Of a DNA stretch of 64,000 nucleotides, positions 1-9,585 are shown piece after piece. A model generated the notes under the pieces. The model made no database searches and was not told where the DNA came from. It saw only the letters and a program-made list of their open reading frames with translations. Source of the stretch: an uncultured delta proteobacterium (GTDB lineage Bacteria > Desulfobacterota > Binatia > UBA9968). Each line of letters starts with the position of its first letter. The first letter of the stretch is position 1. Both the position numbers and the translations under genes were made by a program. The stretch is from assembly GCA_963771465.1 (NCBI GenBank), contig CAVYTU010000016.1, positions 64,001 to 128,000 of the forward strand, read 5' to 3'.

Positions 1-130
1 TTGCATGATCCGTAGGATACGAACTCCCCGGGGCGCCTGCAAGGCGGCGTGAGTGCGATGAGAATTCATTCACATCGCACGTCGACGCTGAAAAAGAATT
101 CTCGCTTCGCTTGGAATGGCAATTGATCGG

Positions 131-1153
131 CTAATTCAACGGAGTGATATATTCTTTTCTGACAAAGCCGACGGCGTTGGCATGGGCGACTTTCACTTTG
201 AGCCAGTCGCCCTTATTTTCGAGCAGGCTCAATTCGGTCTCGGCGTCGATTTCATGAACACGTTCGGCGGCAAAGCGCGGTTGCTGGCGAAGCGCGACGG
301 CTTGGGTTGTCTTAATCATGGGAAAAGTTTGCGTTGGGTTGAGCTGAACTTTCGCCCGCGTGACCGCGTCTTGAGAAACCTTAGTCAGGCTGGCGATCAC
401 CGGAGTCGCTTCAACTTGACCTGCCTTGGCGCTCATCGCCACAGCCGGTGTAACGCGGGCAACTTGAGTCGGTGCAAGGGCTTTTTGTTTTCCGTCCACA
501 GCTCGTGTGCGCCGCTCCCACTGCACCACTGTGCTCGGGTCCATGCCTTTGGGAACGAAGAGTAAGGGAATTGTAATCTCCACCGGCTCCCTAGCGCCGG
601 AGGGAAAGCTCCATTGACGCATTTCGCTGAGCACGAGGTTGGCAAAATCGGCGCTCGTGAGCTGGGACTTCAACGGCTCGATGCGCGCGACCTTGCCGGA
701 TGCGGCGACGAATAGTCTAAGCAGCATGCTGCCGATCGCCTCTTGGTGCGGCGAGCTCCAGCTTGCGTAGAGTTGATGCAGTCCAGCGAGCTGCTCGACG
801 GCGGCAGCTTCGAAACGGTCTTTCACCGCGGCAGAAAGGTTTTCACCATGGATGGACATGCCGCTGGCGTCGACCGCCAGGACGGGGCTCTCGCTTGGCG
901 CTGTCGTGGCGGCGAGAAAATTAGCAAGCGAAAATTGGAATCCCTGCGTGTGCTTGCTTAATACGCCGACACCGATTGGCAGCGTCATCAGTGCAGTCGC
1001 AGCGAAGCTCAAACACGCGTACTTTAAAGATTTGCGATTCGACAATATATGGCACAATTCGTCGAGCCAGTAGTTTGCTTTGTTCGGCATGGCGACGGGA
1101 TTTATCCCCGCGGGTTCAAATGGTGGCTTCGAGGTATGGATAATTGTTTCCAT
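131..1153 (-). CDS. Membrane-anchored protein with TonB-C/AgmX-PglI-like domain and C-terminal SH3b domain
   Basis: GGAGG RBS; TM segment near aa 45-65; 'LRLFVAASGKV...QWSFP..EITIPLLF' (TonB-C-like); 'GDWLKVKVAHANAVGFVRKEYI' (SH3b). Confidence 0.6.
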   Translation of the reverse strand: METIIHTSKPPFEPAGINPVAMPNKANYWLDELCHILSNRKSLKYACLSFAATALMTLPIGVGVLSKHTQGFQFSLANFLAATTAPSESPVLAVDASGMSIHGENLSAAVKDRFEAAAVEQLAGLHQLYASWSSPHQEAIGSMLLRLFVAASGKVARIEPLKSQLTSADFANLVLSEMRQWSFPSGAREPVEITIPLLFVPKGMDPSTVVQWERRTRAVDGKQKALAPTQVARVTPAVAMSAKAGQVEATPVIASLTKVSQDAVTRAKVQLNPTQTFPMIKTTQAVALRQQPRFAAERVHEIDAETELSLLENKGDWLKVKVAHANAVGFVRKEYITPLN

Positions 1154-1348
1154 ATCTACCTCCCAAGGCCGTCAAATCTGTCCATAATGTGCCGATCGGG
1201 TTTTCCAAAGCTGTGCAAATTTTGCCGGTGCGTTCTTCATGGCCGCTTTACGCCGCGACTAATTTGATGAAACGGCGTGAATTAACGTGACACCGAAGGC
1301 CGCGAGATCGAATTGCCGGCAAAGTTGACGGATTTGCTTCGTATAATC

Positions 1349-1364
1349 AGCAACGTCCGTGCCA
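1349..1364 (-). promoter_or_regulatory. sigma54 (-24/-12) promoter upstream of the SH3b gene
   Basis: Minus strand reads TGGCACG-GACG-TTGCT, a perfect match to TGGCACG-N4-TTGCW. Confidence 0.7.
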
Positions 1365-1502
1365 GTGATAAAAGAGGGATTTAACTATCGATGGGCGAGA
1401 TGCCGGAGCCCGCTCGGGTGATCAACAATGCTTGGAGATGCGCCGGCGTTAACCCGGATTGCGCAGTTGAAATTGAAGCAGCGCGCGAGATTTTCCTCGG
1501 TG

Positions 1503-2268
1503 TTATCTCAGTTCAAACTCGAAGGTACTGACGACGCGGATTTTTTTTACCGGTGTGCTGGTGGGGCTATACGGTCCCGACTCGTCGTTGCCGTCGCTGC
1601 CGAAGATTTGGATCGATCCCTGATTGGCCGAATGAATCTTGCCGACCGCGGCGCCCGAGTCGGCGGCAAATTGCTGCGCGATGGTGCGCGCGTTTTTGGT
1701 CGCCTCGGCGAGCAGCTGCGGCCGGAGGTCGTTGAATTTTGATACAGTGTAACGTGGATTGGCCGCGTTGCCTTCGCGCTCGCCGTCGAGTATCACGCCG
1801 GCTTTCAAGAGTTGCTTCGGTCGATCCGAGGGACTTTTGCACCAACTCGATGTTCGCCGTGCGCACGACGACAGCGGTGGTGACCAGATAGCGTAGCCGC
1901 TCATTGGCTTGCGGCTGGCCGTAGTCGCGGGCGAGCTTGTCGATGGTGCGGATCGGTTGGCGCGTGATCTCACTCTCTTTGAATCCCTGCTTGTGGAGAA
2001 AAAGATTGACCGCTTCGCGATCGGCGCTGACTCTGGTGTGAACGTCTCTTAAGTCGTCGCTGGCGCGCCGCAAACTAAGCGTCCATACCGCCTCATCGGC
2101 TTTGACTTCTTTTTCCACCAGACCTTTGACGGTTACGGTGTGCGCTTCCGACTTGAATCGGGCGGTGCCGCGGCCGACGTAATAGCCGGCCGCGGTGAGG
2201 CCGACCAGCAGGCAAACTCCAACGATGAGCGCGGCGATCAGTATCGGTCGGCTATCATTGTCTCCCAT
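1503..2268 (-). pseudogene. SIMPL (DUF541) domain protein split by a single frameshift at ~1815
   Basis: N-half 'VTVKGLVEKEVKADEAVW' lies in ORF 1567..2268 and C-half 'ATKNARTIAQQFAADSG..GKIHSANQG..KKIRVVSTFEF' in ORF 1503..1973; removing one G at ~1815 joins ...STE-QLLKAG... Confidence 0.75.
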
Positions 2269-2393
2269 CGGTTGCGTCCTCCACTGTTCTCAATAGAGCA
2301 CAGAGTGTAACAAATTGCACAAAAATCTTGCTTTCCGGCAAGCACAGGTTAGTAAAACCTTTGGGTTTCAACGGGGATATCGGGACATTGAGC

Positions 2394-2408
2394 TGGCGCG
2401 TGTTTTGC
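2394..2408 (+). promoter_or_regulatory. sigma54 promoter with a TGT-N10-ACA site upstream at 2306-2321
   Basis: TGGCGCG-TGTT-TTGC; TGTaacaaattgcACA lies ~75 bp upstream. Confidence 0.6.
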
Positions 2409-2465
2409 GAACTTCCGTAACGAGCGAATATCGAGCAGCTCAATTCAAGTTAGCTGGAGGTGGCA

Positions 2466-2630
2466 ATGGGTTCCGAACTGATCACTTACGGTTTACTGGC
2501 GAGCATCTTCATCGTCACCGGACTGCGCATGTTTATCGAAAAGCCCAAAGCGGTACGCGAAGTTGGCGAGCAGCCGTGGCAAGGTTTGAAGCGGCGCAAA
2601 GAGCCGCGCAGCGCGTCGACCGATTCCTAA
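2466..2630 (+). CDS. Small single-pass membrane protein (54 aa), absent from the ORF track
   Basis: GGAGG at 2456-2460, ATG 2466, TAA 2628-2630; MGSELITYGLLASIFIVTGLRMFIEKPKAVREVGEQPWQGLKRRKEPRSASTDS. Confidence 0.65.
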   Translation: MGSELITYGLLASIFIVTGLRMFIEKPKAVREVGEQPWQGLKRRKEPRSASTDS

Positions 2631-2688
2631 TCCGCTACGACACAGATCGTGGCGGAGCCGCCGCTCTTTCCTGCCGAGCGCCGGGCGT

Positions 2689-3690
2689 TTAGCTCTTCTT
2701 TTGGAACTGTTTGAAGAAGCCTTCCTTTTCGATTTCTTTCAAAAAGCGCGTGTCGACGAACTCCTCGGGCTTTTTGCCCTTGGCCGCCGGCACACGAGCG
2801 GCGACTTCCTCGATGGCGTTGCGAATACCTTCGAGGTTGGGATTGGCGCTGTAGTCGGTGACTTGCAAGAAGCTCTTGTGAGTCGCTTCGAGAATTTCCG
2901 GGTCGCTGCTCTTGAGATACTTGGTGATGATTTTCTTGGTTTCGTCTTTATTCGTCGCGGCGTAGTGAATCGCTTCGATAAAGCCTTTTAGAAAATTCTT
3001 CACCTGCTGCGGCTGCTCGCGGTTGAACCGCTCGCTGGTTTCGATCACGAGTTGCGGATAGGCGATGCCGAGATCGGCGATGTTGACCAGTATATTCAAG
3101 CCCTGTTTTTTTGCCGTCAGGTCCAATGGCGGAGAAACCAGCGTCGCATCGAGTGAACCGGCCAGTAACGCTTGCAGCCGGCTCGGCTGGGTGCCGCCCT
3201 GTAGAACGATAAAGTCTTTCATCGGATCGAGGCCAAATCGTTTGCTCACCAATCGGATCGCCGTGTCGGTTCCCGAACCGAATCGGCTGATGCCAACTTT
3301 TTTGCCCTTGAGCTGCTCCCACTTGGTAATGCTTTTCGTTGTCACTACACTGTAAGGCAGCGTGTTGACCATCGCCGCGACGATGATCGAGTCGGCGCCT
3401 TGGGTGCGTGAGGCGATCGTGGTGGGACCGGAGTTGATCGCGAAGCTGACTTCGCCGGTGCGCGCGACCTGTGCCAAAGTAGAGCCGGCTTCGAAAAGAA
3501 TCACCCGCACGTCCAGGCCGTGTTTGCGCCATAGCCCGGCATCCTGGGCTAGATAAGCATAGACTAAATTGACCGCCGGACCGGCGACCCCGGCCATCAC
3601 CGGATTTTCGCCGCGCGCTTGGAAGGGAACGGCGAGCGTCAACAGCAGGAATAAAAACGCACCAATCATCAAGCAGTTTATTTTTTTCAC
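2689..3690 (-). CDS. NMT1/SsuA-type ABC solute-binding protein
   Basis: Signal peptide; 'LKGKKVGISRFGSGT', 'RLQALLAGSLDA'. Confidence 0.85.
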   Translation of the reverse strand: MKKINCLMIGAFLFLLLTLAVPFQARGENPVMAGVAGPAVNLVYAYLAQDAGLWRKHGLDVRVILFEAGSTLAQVARTGEVSFAINSGPTTIASRTQGADSIIVAAMVNTLPYSVVTTKSITKWEQLKGKKVGISRFGSGTDTAIRLVSKRFGLDPMKDFIVLQGGTQPSRLQALLAGSLDATLVSPPLDLTAKKQGLNILVNIADLGIAYPQLVIETSERFNREQPQQVKNFLKGFIEAIHYAATNKDETKKIITKYLKSSDPEILEATHKSFLQVTDYSANPNLEGIRNAIEEVAARVPAAKGKKPEEFVDTRFLKEIEKEGFFKQFQKKS

Positions 3691-4022
3691 TTATTCCCCA
3701 AATCTTTGAAGCCTGCCAGCTCCTATCACAGTCTTGCCTATTAGGATAATCGTCACTAACGATCGGTTGTATGAGGTCGAATTCGCGTCTCAAACGACCT
3801 GCAGCGAAAACCCGCGGCGGCTGGAAGAATTTCCCAGACATTAGCTGGTGTCGATGGATTATGCGAGTGGCTCAGGGGCGCGCAGGGTCCAAACGCTCTC
3901 ATTGTCCCGTAAGCTCGCGCGATTATCCACGGGACGCTGGGACGCCGTATTCCCATGCTTGCAAATGGCTTGGTGCCATAGTTTATTGAACCTCTCACGG
4001 TGGCAAATTTTAGGAGCGATGT

Positions 4023-5696
4023 ATGGCTGACAATTTAAAACCGCGCAGCGGCGCGATCACCGATGGGCCGGACCGGGCGCCGTCTCGGGCGATGCTCAAG
4101 GCGGTGGGCTTTTCCGACGATGATTTGCGTAAACCGATCGTCGGCGTGGCCAATACCTGGATCGAGATCGGGCCGTGCAATTTTCACTTGCGCCGGTTGG
4201 CGGCGAAGGTAAAAGAAGGCATCCGCGCCGCCGGCGGCACACCGATGGAGTTCAACACGGTGTCGATTTCCGACGGCATTAGCATGGGCGTCGAAGGCAT
4301 GAAGTGCTCGCTGATCAGCCGCGAGGTGATTGCCGATTCGATTGAACTGGTCGCCCGTGGCAATCATTTTGACGGGCTCGTGTGCTTATCGGGTTGCGAC
4401 AAGACCAATCCCGGCGTTGTCATGGCGCTGGCTCGTCTCGATATTCCGGGCCTGGCGCTTTACGGCGGATCGATCGCGCCGGGCCATTTGGGCGATAAAG
4501 ATTTGACCATACAAGACGTCTTCGAAGCGGTGGGCGCGTACGCGAGCAAACGCATCGACGCCGACCAATTTGTCGCCGTGGAAAATGCCGCATGCCCCGG
4601 CGCCGGCGCATGCGGCGGACAATTCACTGCCAACACCATGTCGACGGTGATGGAGTTTCTCGGCATCTCACCCATGGGAAGTAACGGTATTCCCGCCACC
4701 GTCGCGGAAAAAGACGAAGCGGCATTTAACGCCGGCAAGCTGGTGATGGATATGCTGCGGCGCGATTTGCGCCCGTCGAAAATCATTACGCGAAAATCGA
4801 TCGAGAACGCCATCGCATCGGTGGCAGCCACCGGCGGCTCGACCAACGCGGTGTTGCATTTGCTCGCCATCGCACGCGAAGCGGGCGTTGAATTGAATAT
4901 CGACGACTTCGACAAGATCAGCGATCGCACGCCGTTGATCGCCGACTTAAAACCCGGCGGACGCTTTGTCGCCAGCGATCTCTATCACGCCGGCGGCATT
5001 CAGCTGGTCGCCAAACGCTTGATCGACGCCGGCTTGATTCACGGCGATACGATTACGGTGACAGGCAAGACGATTGCCGAATCGGCGGAGATGACCAAAG
5101 AAACCGCGGGACAGGAAGTGGTGCGGCCGATGGCCAACCCGCTCAAGGCGACCGGCGGTCTGGTGATTCTCAAGGGCAATCTTGCGCCGGAAGGCTGCGT
5201 GGTTAAAGTCGCCGGCCATGAACGAATGATTCATCGCGGCCCGGCGCGGGTTTTTGATCGCGAAGAAGACGCTTTCGCTGCCGTGCAGGCGGGAAAGATC
5301 AAAGACAATGACGTGGTGGTGATTCGTTACGAAGGGCCCAAGGGCGGGCCGGGGATGCGCGAGATGCTCGGCGTAACTGCCGCGCTGGTTGGCGCGGGCT
5401 TGAGCGATTCGGTTGCGCTGATCACCGACGGCCGCTTCTCCGGCGCGACCCATGGATTGATGGCCGGCCACGTCGCACCGGAAGCCGCTCACGGCGGCCC
5501 GATCGCCGCGTTGCGCGATGGCGACTCCATCGTATTCGACATCAAAGCGCGGCGCTTGGACGTGGAGATTTCCGAGCAAGAATTGAAATCGAGGCTAAGC
5601 ACATGGAGAGCGCCGGAACCGCGTTACAAGACCGGCGTGATGGCGAAGTACGCGAAGTTGGTTTCATCGGCATCCGAAGGCGCGGTGACGGGGTAA
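4023..5696 (+). CDS. ilvD: Dihydroxy-acid dehydratase
   Basis: [30 protein letters not shown] and TDGRFSG motifs. Confidence 0.95.
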   Translation: MADNLKPRSGAITDGPDRAPSRAMLKAVGFSDDDLRKPIVGVANTWIEIGPCNFHLRRLAAKVKEGIRAAGGTPMEFNTVSISDGISMGVEGMKCSLISREVIADSIELVARGNHFDGLVCLSGCDKTNPGVVMALARLDIPGLALYGGSIAPGHLGDKDLTIQDVFEAVGAYASKRIDADQFVAVENAACPGAGACGGQFTANTMSTVMEFLGISPMGSNGIPATVAEKDEAAFNAGKLVMDMLRRDLRPSKIITRKSIENAIASVAATGGSTNAVLHLLAIAREAGVELNIDDFDKISDRTPLIADLKPGGRFVASDLYHAGGIQLVAKRLIDAGLIHGDTITVTGKTIAESAEMTKETAGQEVVRPMANPLKATGGLVILKGNLAPEGCVVKVAGHERMIHRGPARVFDREEDAFAAVQAGKIKDNDVVVIRYEGPKGGPGMREMLGVTAALVGAGLSDSVALITDGRFSGATHGLMAGHVAPEAAHGGPIAALRDGDSIVFDIKARRLDVEISEQELKSRLSTWRAPEPRYKTGVMAKYAKLVSSASEGAVTG

Positions 5697-5708
5697 TCGA
5701 GCATCAGC

Positions 5709-6734
5709 ATGAAACGACGGAATTGTTTTCGGATGATTGCTCAAGTTCGTAAACTTCTTGGTCCGTGGATTTTACTATTCGCTGTGGCCGGCTGCGCGCT
5801 GCAAGAGCGCAAGCCAGCTTACGATGGCTGGAGTCTATTGGCGACCATGCCGGTAGCCAATTCTGAAATCGCCGTAGCCGAACTCGCTGGCAAGATTTAT
5901 GTCATCGGCGGTTATCCCTGGGATCGGAAAACAGTTGCCACGGTGCAGATGTACGATTCGGCCACCGACAAGTGGCAGAGCGTCGCGCCGTTACCGGTGC
6001 CGCTCAATCATGTCATGGCGGCGAGCGCCAACGGCAAGGTCTACGCTATCGGCGGGCAGACCAGTGAGAGCAGCGATCCCGACAAAGCCGGCTTCGTTAA
6101 CACAACGTATGAGTATGATCCCGCGGCAAATCGCTGGACGTCGAAGGCGCCGATGCCGACGCGGCGTGGCGGCGGAGGGTCGGCTGTCTTCGACGATAAG
6201 ATCTATGTGGCCGGTGGCCGGCCGCCGGGCGGCGCCGATTTCGCTGTGTACGATGCCAAAGCCGACCGCTGGACCACGCTGCCGAATTTGCCGACGCAGC
6301 GAAATCATTTGGCAGCGGACGCCGTCGACGGCAAGATTTATGTCGTCGGCGGTAGATTCGAAGGCGGATTTAGAAGCGAGCGAACCGACGTCATTGAAGT
6401 CTTCGATCCGAAAACCAATCAGTGGTCGAAGCGGCGGCCGATGCTCCGGCCGCGCGGCGGCGTGAATGGCATTTTTGCCAACGGCTGTTTTCACCTTTTC
6501 GGCGGTGAAGGCAATCCTGAGCATCCTTACGGTATCTATCCCGATCACGATTACTACAATCCAGTCACGGATAGCTGGCATCGATTGGAGAACATGCCGA
6601 TTCCCGTGCACGGCGTGACCGGCATGGCATTCATCAAAGGTCTGATCCATCTCACCGGCGGCGGCACGACCCAGGGGGGCAGCAGCGGCACGACGTTGCA
6701 TCAGGTGTACAAGCCGGCGATGAGCTGCAAGTAA
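5709..6734 (+). CDS. Kelch-repeat beta-propeller lipoprotein
   Basis: Lipobox-like 'AVAGC'; six repeats of (K)IYVxGG...YD....W. Confidence 0.85.
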   Translation: MKRRNCFRMIAQVRKLLGPWILLFAVAGCALQERKPAYDGWSLLATMPVANSEIAVAELAGKIYVIGGYPWDRKTVATVQMYDSATDKWQSVAPLPVPLNHVMAASANGKVYAIGGQTSESSDPDKAGFVNTTYEYDPAANRWTSKAPMPTRRGGGGSAVFDDKIYVAGGRPPGGADFAVYDAKADRWTTLPNLPTQRNHLAADAVDGKIYVVGGRFEGGFRSERTDVIEVFDPKTNQWSKRRPMLRPRGGVNGIFANGCFHLFGGEGNPEHPYGIYPDHDYYNPVTDSWHRLENMPIPVHGVTGMAFIKGLIHLTGGGTTQGGSSGTTLHQVYKPAMSCK

Positions 6735-6903
6735 GAATTCCGCTCCAGTCTTCTTCGTTTGAGAGTTCGAGGTTAAAAGGGGCGGCGAGCCTCCCGTTTT
6801 CTATTTCTGTCCTGAATTGTTTGACAGGTTGCTGGACGGTTCGATAGGTTACGCTCCAACCCAGGCGGGCTATGATCGTGAGGGTGGGCAAGGAGATAAA
6901 TTC

Positions 6904-7983
6904 ATGAGCATCGATTACGTCAGCAACCAAGAAATTATTCAGGCGGCGCACCGCAATCTGCCGCAAGATGTTTGGGACTATCTCACCGGCGGCGCAGAAT
7001 CGGAAACCACCATGCGGCGTAATCGCCTGGGCTTCGACAGTTTGGGTCTTCGCCCGCGTGTTCTGATCGACGTTTCCAAGGTCGACACCTCGACGACTTT
7101 CTTGGGGCAAAAGCTGCGTATCCCCGTGATGATGGCGCCGATCGGCTCGTTGCAAACGATCACGCCCGAAGGCGGCGCCGCAGTGGCCAAGGCGGCGGCG
7201 GAGTTTGGCACCATGAACTTCCTGAGCTCAGTGACGCAACCGACGCTCGAAGAGGTCGCCGCCTGCACCAATCATCCGAAAATTTTTCAGCTCTACATTC
7301 GCGGCGACCTCGATTGGTGCGCGGAAATCGTTGGGCGGGTGAAGCAAGCCGGCTACATCGCGCTCTGTCTTACCGTCGACACGGCGCACTACAGCCGGCG
7401 CGAGCGGCCGTTGCTCAACCGCTGGCAGCCGCCCAGCCGACATCGGGAGAGCGGGCGCATCTATCAAGCGATGCTGACTTGGGAGGTGGCCAAGGAGATC
7501 AAGAAAATTGCCGGCATGCCGCTGATCATCAAAGGCATTGCCACGGCCGAAGACGCCAAGCTGGCTGTCGAGCATGGCGTCGACATTATTTACATTTCAA
7601 ACCATGGCGGTCGGCAATTGGATCACGGCCTCGGCACCATCGATACGTTGCCCGAAATCGCTGCCGCCGTGAACGGCAAAGTGCCGATCGTGCTTGACGG
7701 CGGTATCACCCGCGGCACCGATGTCGTAAAAGCCTTAGCGCTCGGCGCCAGCGCCGTCACTATCGGCAAGCTTCAGGGCTGGGGCCTGGGCGCCGGGGGC
7801 CAAGCTGGACTGGTGAAAGTGCTCGAACTCCTCGAAGAAGAGATCACCATCGATATGGCGCTGCTAGGAGTTACCCGCGTCGATCAGCTCACCTCGAAAT
7901 ACGTTTGCAAAGCAGCGCCGACAACCTTCGCCCACGAGATGAGCGCGTTTGTGCATATTCCCGGCGGCGGGCAGTTGCGCTAA
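6904..7983 (+). CDS. FMN-dependent alpha-hydroxy-acid oxidase/dehydrogenase
   Basis: SNHGGRQLD, DGGITRGTDVVKALALGA, LTVD; GGAG RBS before ATG 6904. Confidence 0.92.
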   Translation: MSIDYVSNQEIIQAAHRNLPQDVWDYLTGGAESETTMRRNRLGFDSLGLRPRVLIDVSKVDTSTTFLGQKLRIPVMMAPIGSLQTITPEGGAAVAKAAAEFGTMNFLSSVTQPTLEEVAACTNHPKIFQLYIRGDLDWCAEIVGRVKQAGYIALCLTVDTAHYSRRERPLLNRWQPPSRHRESGRIYQAMLTWEVAKEIKKIAGMPLIIKGIATAEDAKLAVEHGVDIIYISNHGGRQLDHGLGTIDTLPEIAAAVNGKVPIVLDGGITRGTDVVKALALGASAVTIGKLQGWGLGAGGQAGLVKVLELLEEEITIDMALLGVTRVDQLTSKYVCKAAPTTFAHEMSAFVHIPGGGQLR

Positions 7984-8009
7984 TGCGGAGCAGTTTTTCT
8001 TCCCGAATG

Positions 8010-8099
8010 AGTAATTGAGCTAGCCCGCATTAGACGAGCCACTCCTCGGGGCTTTGTAACTTTTCGAGGTGTCGCCAAATGCAGGCTAGCTCAGTTACT
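8010..8099. repeat. 90-bp element with 22-bp terminal inverted repeats (MITE-like or long hairpin)
   Basis: AGTAATTGAGCTAGCCCGCATT (8010-8031) matches the reverse complement of 8078-8099 (AGTAACTGAGCTAGCCTGCATT) at 20/22. Confidence 0.8.
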
Positions 8100-8261
8100 G
8101 CTTTCTCATCAGAAGGTAGTGTCCTACTTCAAAACTTTTCCCATTCCAGCTCCTTTTCCCGCCGTAGAATCCGCTCCGGCATTGGTATGGATTCATCAGT
8201 ATAGTCAGTTGCAGGATGAAGGCGGTACGCTGACGGTTCGTCTCGCTTCCCGGCTGACCGG

Positions 8262-9446
8262 TTATTCAAACTTCTCAAATGGCAGGCCGACATAATTTTC
8301 AGCAAACACAGTTCGCCCGGCATCGGATGAGGTCAGGTAATCAAGCTCGGAAATTTGTAACCGTCTGCCCATAGGATCATCGTCGAATTTGTGCAGAAGC
8401 GATGTATACCACCAGGAAAAGCGGACGGCTTTCCAAACGCGGCGCAGGGCTGTTTCCGAATAACGATCGAGCAAGTCATTTCGTTTTTCTTTATAATAGG
8501 CGCGCAGGGCGCGGGAGAGAAAATAAATATCCGAAGCCGCAAGGTTGAGTCCTTTTGCGCCTGTGGGCGGGACGATGTGCGCGGCATCCCCAGCCAGCAA
8601 GAGCGAACCAAAGCGCATGGGTTCAGCGACAAAACTATGCAGCGGCGTGATGCTCATTTCGAGACGGGGACCCGTTGTAACGGAATCAGCGGCATCAGGA
8701 GGAAGGCGGCGGCGCAGTTCATCCCAAAAAGCGCCGTCGCTCCAATTATCCACTTTATCTCCCGTATTACATTGCACATAGTAGCGACTGCGGGTGTGGG
8801 AACGCATACTGCACAACGCAAAGCCTCGTGCATGGTTGGCATAGAGGAGTTCATCCATGACCGGTGGCACATCGGAGAGAATTCCCAGCCAGCTGAACGG
8901 ATACGTTTTTTCAAAAGTCTTGATTTTATCTGCGGGAAGGCTCTGACGTGCAACGCCATGATAGCCATCACATCCTGCGACAAAATCGCAGACGAGTTCC
9001 CGGCGTTGGCCGTTTTGCTCGTATAGGATTCGTGGGGAATCCGTATCGCATCCTTCCACGTTGATGGCTGGCGCGTCGTAGTGGACCGTTCCCCCTGCCT
9101 CATCGATGTGCGCTTTCATCAGGTCGTGAGTGATTTCGGTCTGGCCGTAGACCATCACAACTTTTCCATTCGTATGTTTGGGAAAATCAAGCCGTTCCAG
9201 CCGGCCGTCAAAGGCGATATTAATACCCTCGTGGATTAAACCCTCGCGATCCATACGTTCGCCCGCTTTGGCTTCCCGTAGCAAATCCGCCATGCCTTGT
9301 TCAATTACGCCAGCGCGAATGCGACCTAGCACATAGTCGCGGCTGCGGCTCTCGATGATGACCGTGTCAATCCCTTGCAGATGCAGCAATCGTGCAAGCA
9401 GCAGGCCCGCTGGTCCTGAACCGATGATTCCAACTTGAGTTCTCAT
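8262..9446 (-). CDS. pobA: 4-hydroxybenzoate 3-monooxygenase
   Basis: GSGPAG, IRAGVIEQG, GCDGYHG, YPFSWLG, GDAAHIVPPTGAKGLNLA, ENYVGLP. Confidence 0.95.
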   Translation of the reverse strand: MRTQVGIIGSGPAGLLLARLLHLQGIDTVIIESRSRDYVLGRIRAGVIEQGMADLLREAKAGERMDREGLIHEGINIAFDGRLERLDFPKHTNGKVVMVYGQTEITHDLMKAHIDEAGGTVHYDAPAINVEGCDTDSPRILYEQNGQRRELVCDFVAGCDGYHGVARQSLPADKIKTFEKTYPFSWLGILSDVPPVMDELLYANHARGFALCSMRSHTRSRYYVQCNTGDKVDNWSDGAFWDELRRRLPPDAADSVTTGPRLEMSITPLHSFVAEPMRFGSLLLAGDAAHIVPPTGAKGLNLAASDIYFLSRALRAYYKEKRNDLLDRYSETALRRVWKAVRFSWWYTSLLHKFDDDPMGRRLQISELDYLTSSDAGRTVFAENYVGLPFEKFE

Positions 9447-9585
9447 GCTTGTTCCTGTCGCTTATTCATTGCCAAGCCCGGGATTTTTCAACATTCCAAT
9501 TCCGTATCTATCTCTCCGCCCATGCTCGGCAAGATCATTGGGCTGGTCGGCCCATTCAAGGTGTTGCGATATTTTCCAAAGAAAA

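Noticed and set aside
53-80. Hairpin GTGCGATG..CATCGCAC
   Set aside because: Probably an ordinary terminator-like stem after the first gene; upstream context is cut off by the window
1325-1347. TTGACG...TATAAT sigma70 promoter
   Set aside because: Spacer is only 11 bp
3691-4022. Short ORFs and a TGGCAC..TTGC site between the SBP gene and ilvD
   Set aside because: No RBS or protein-like signal; sigma54 spacing is wrong
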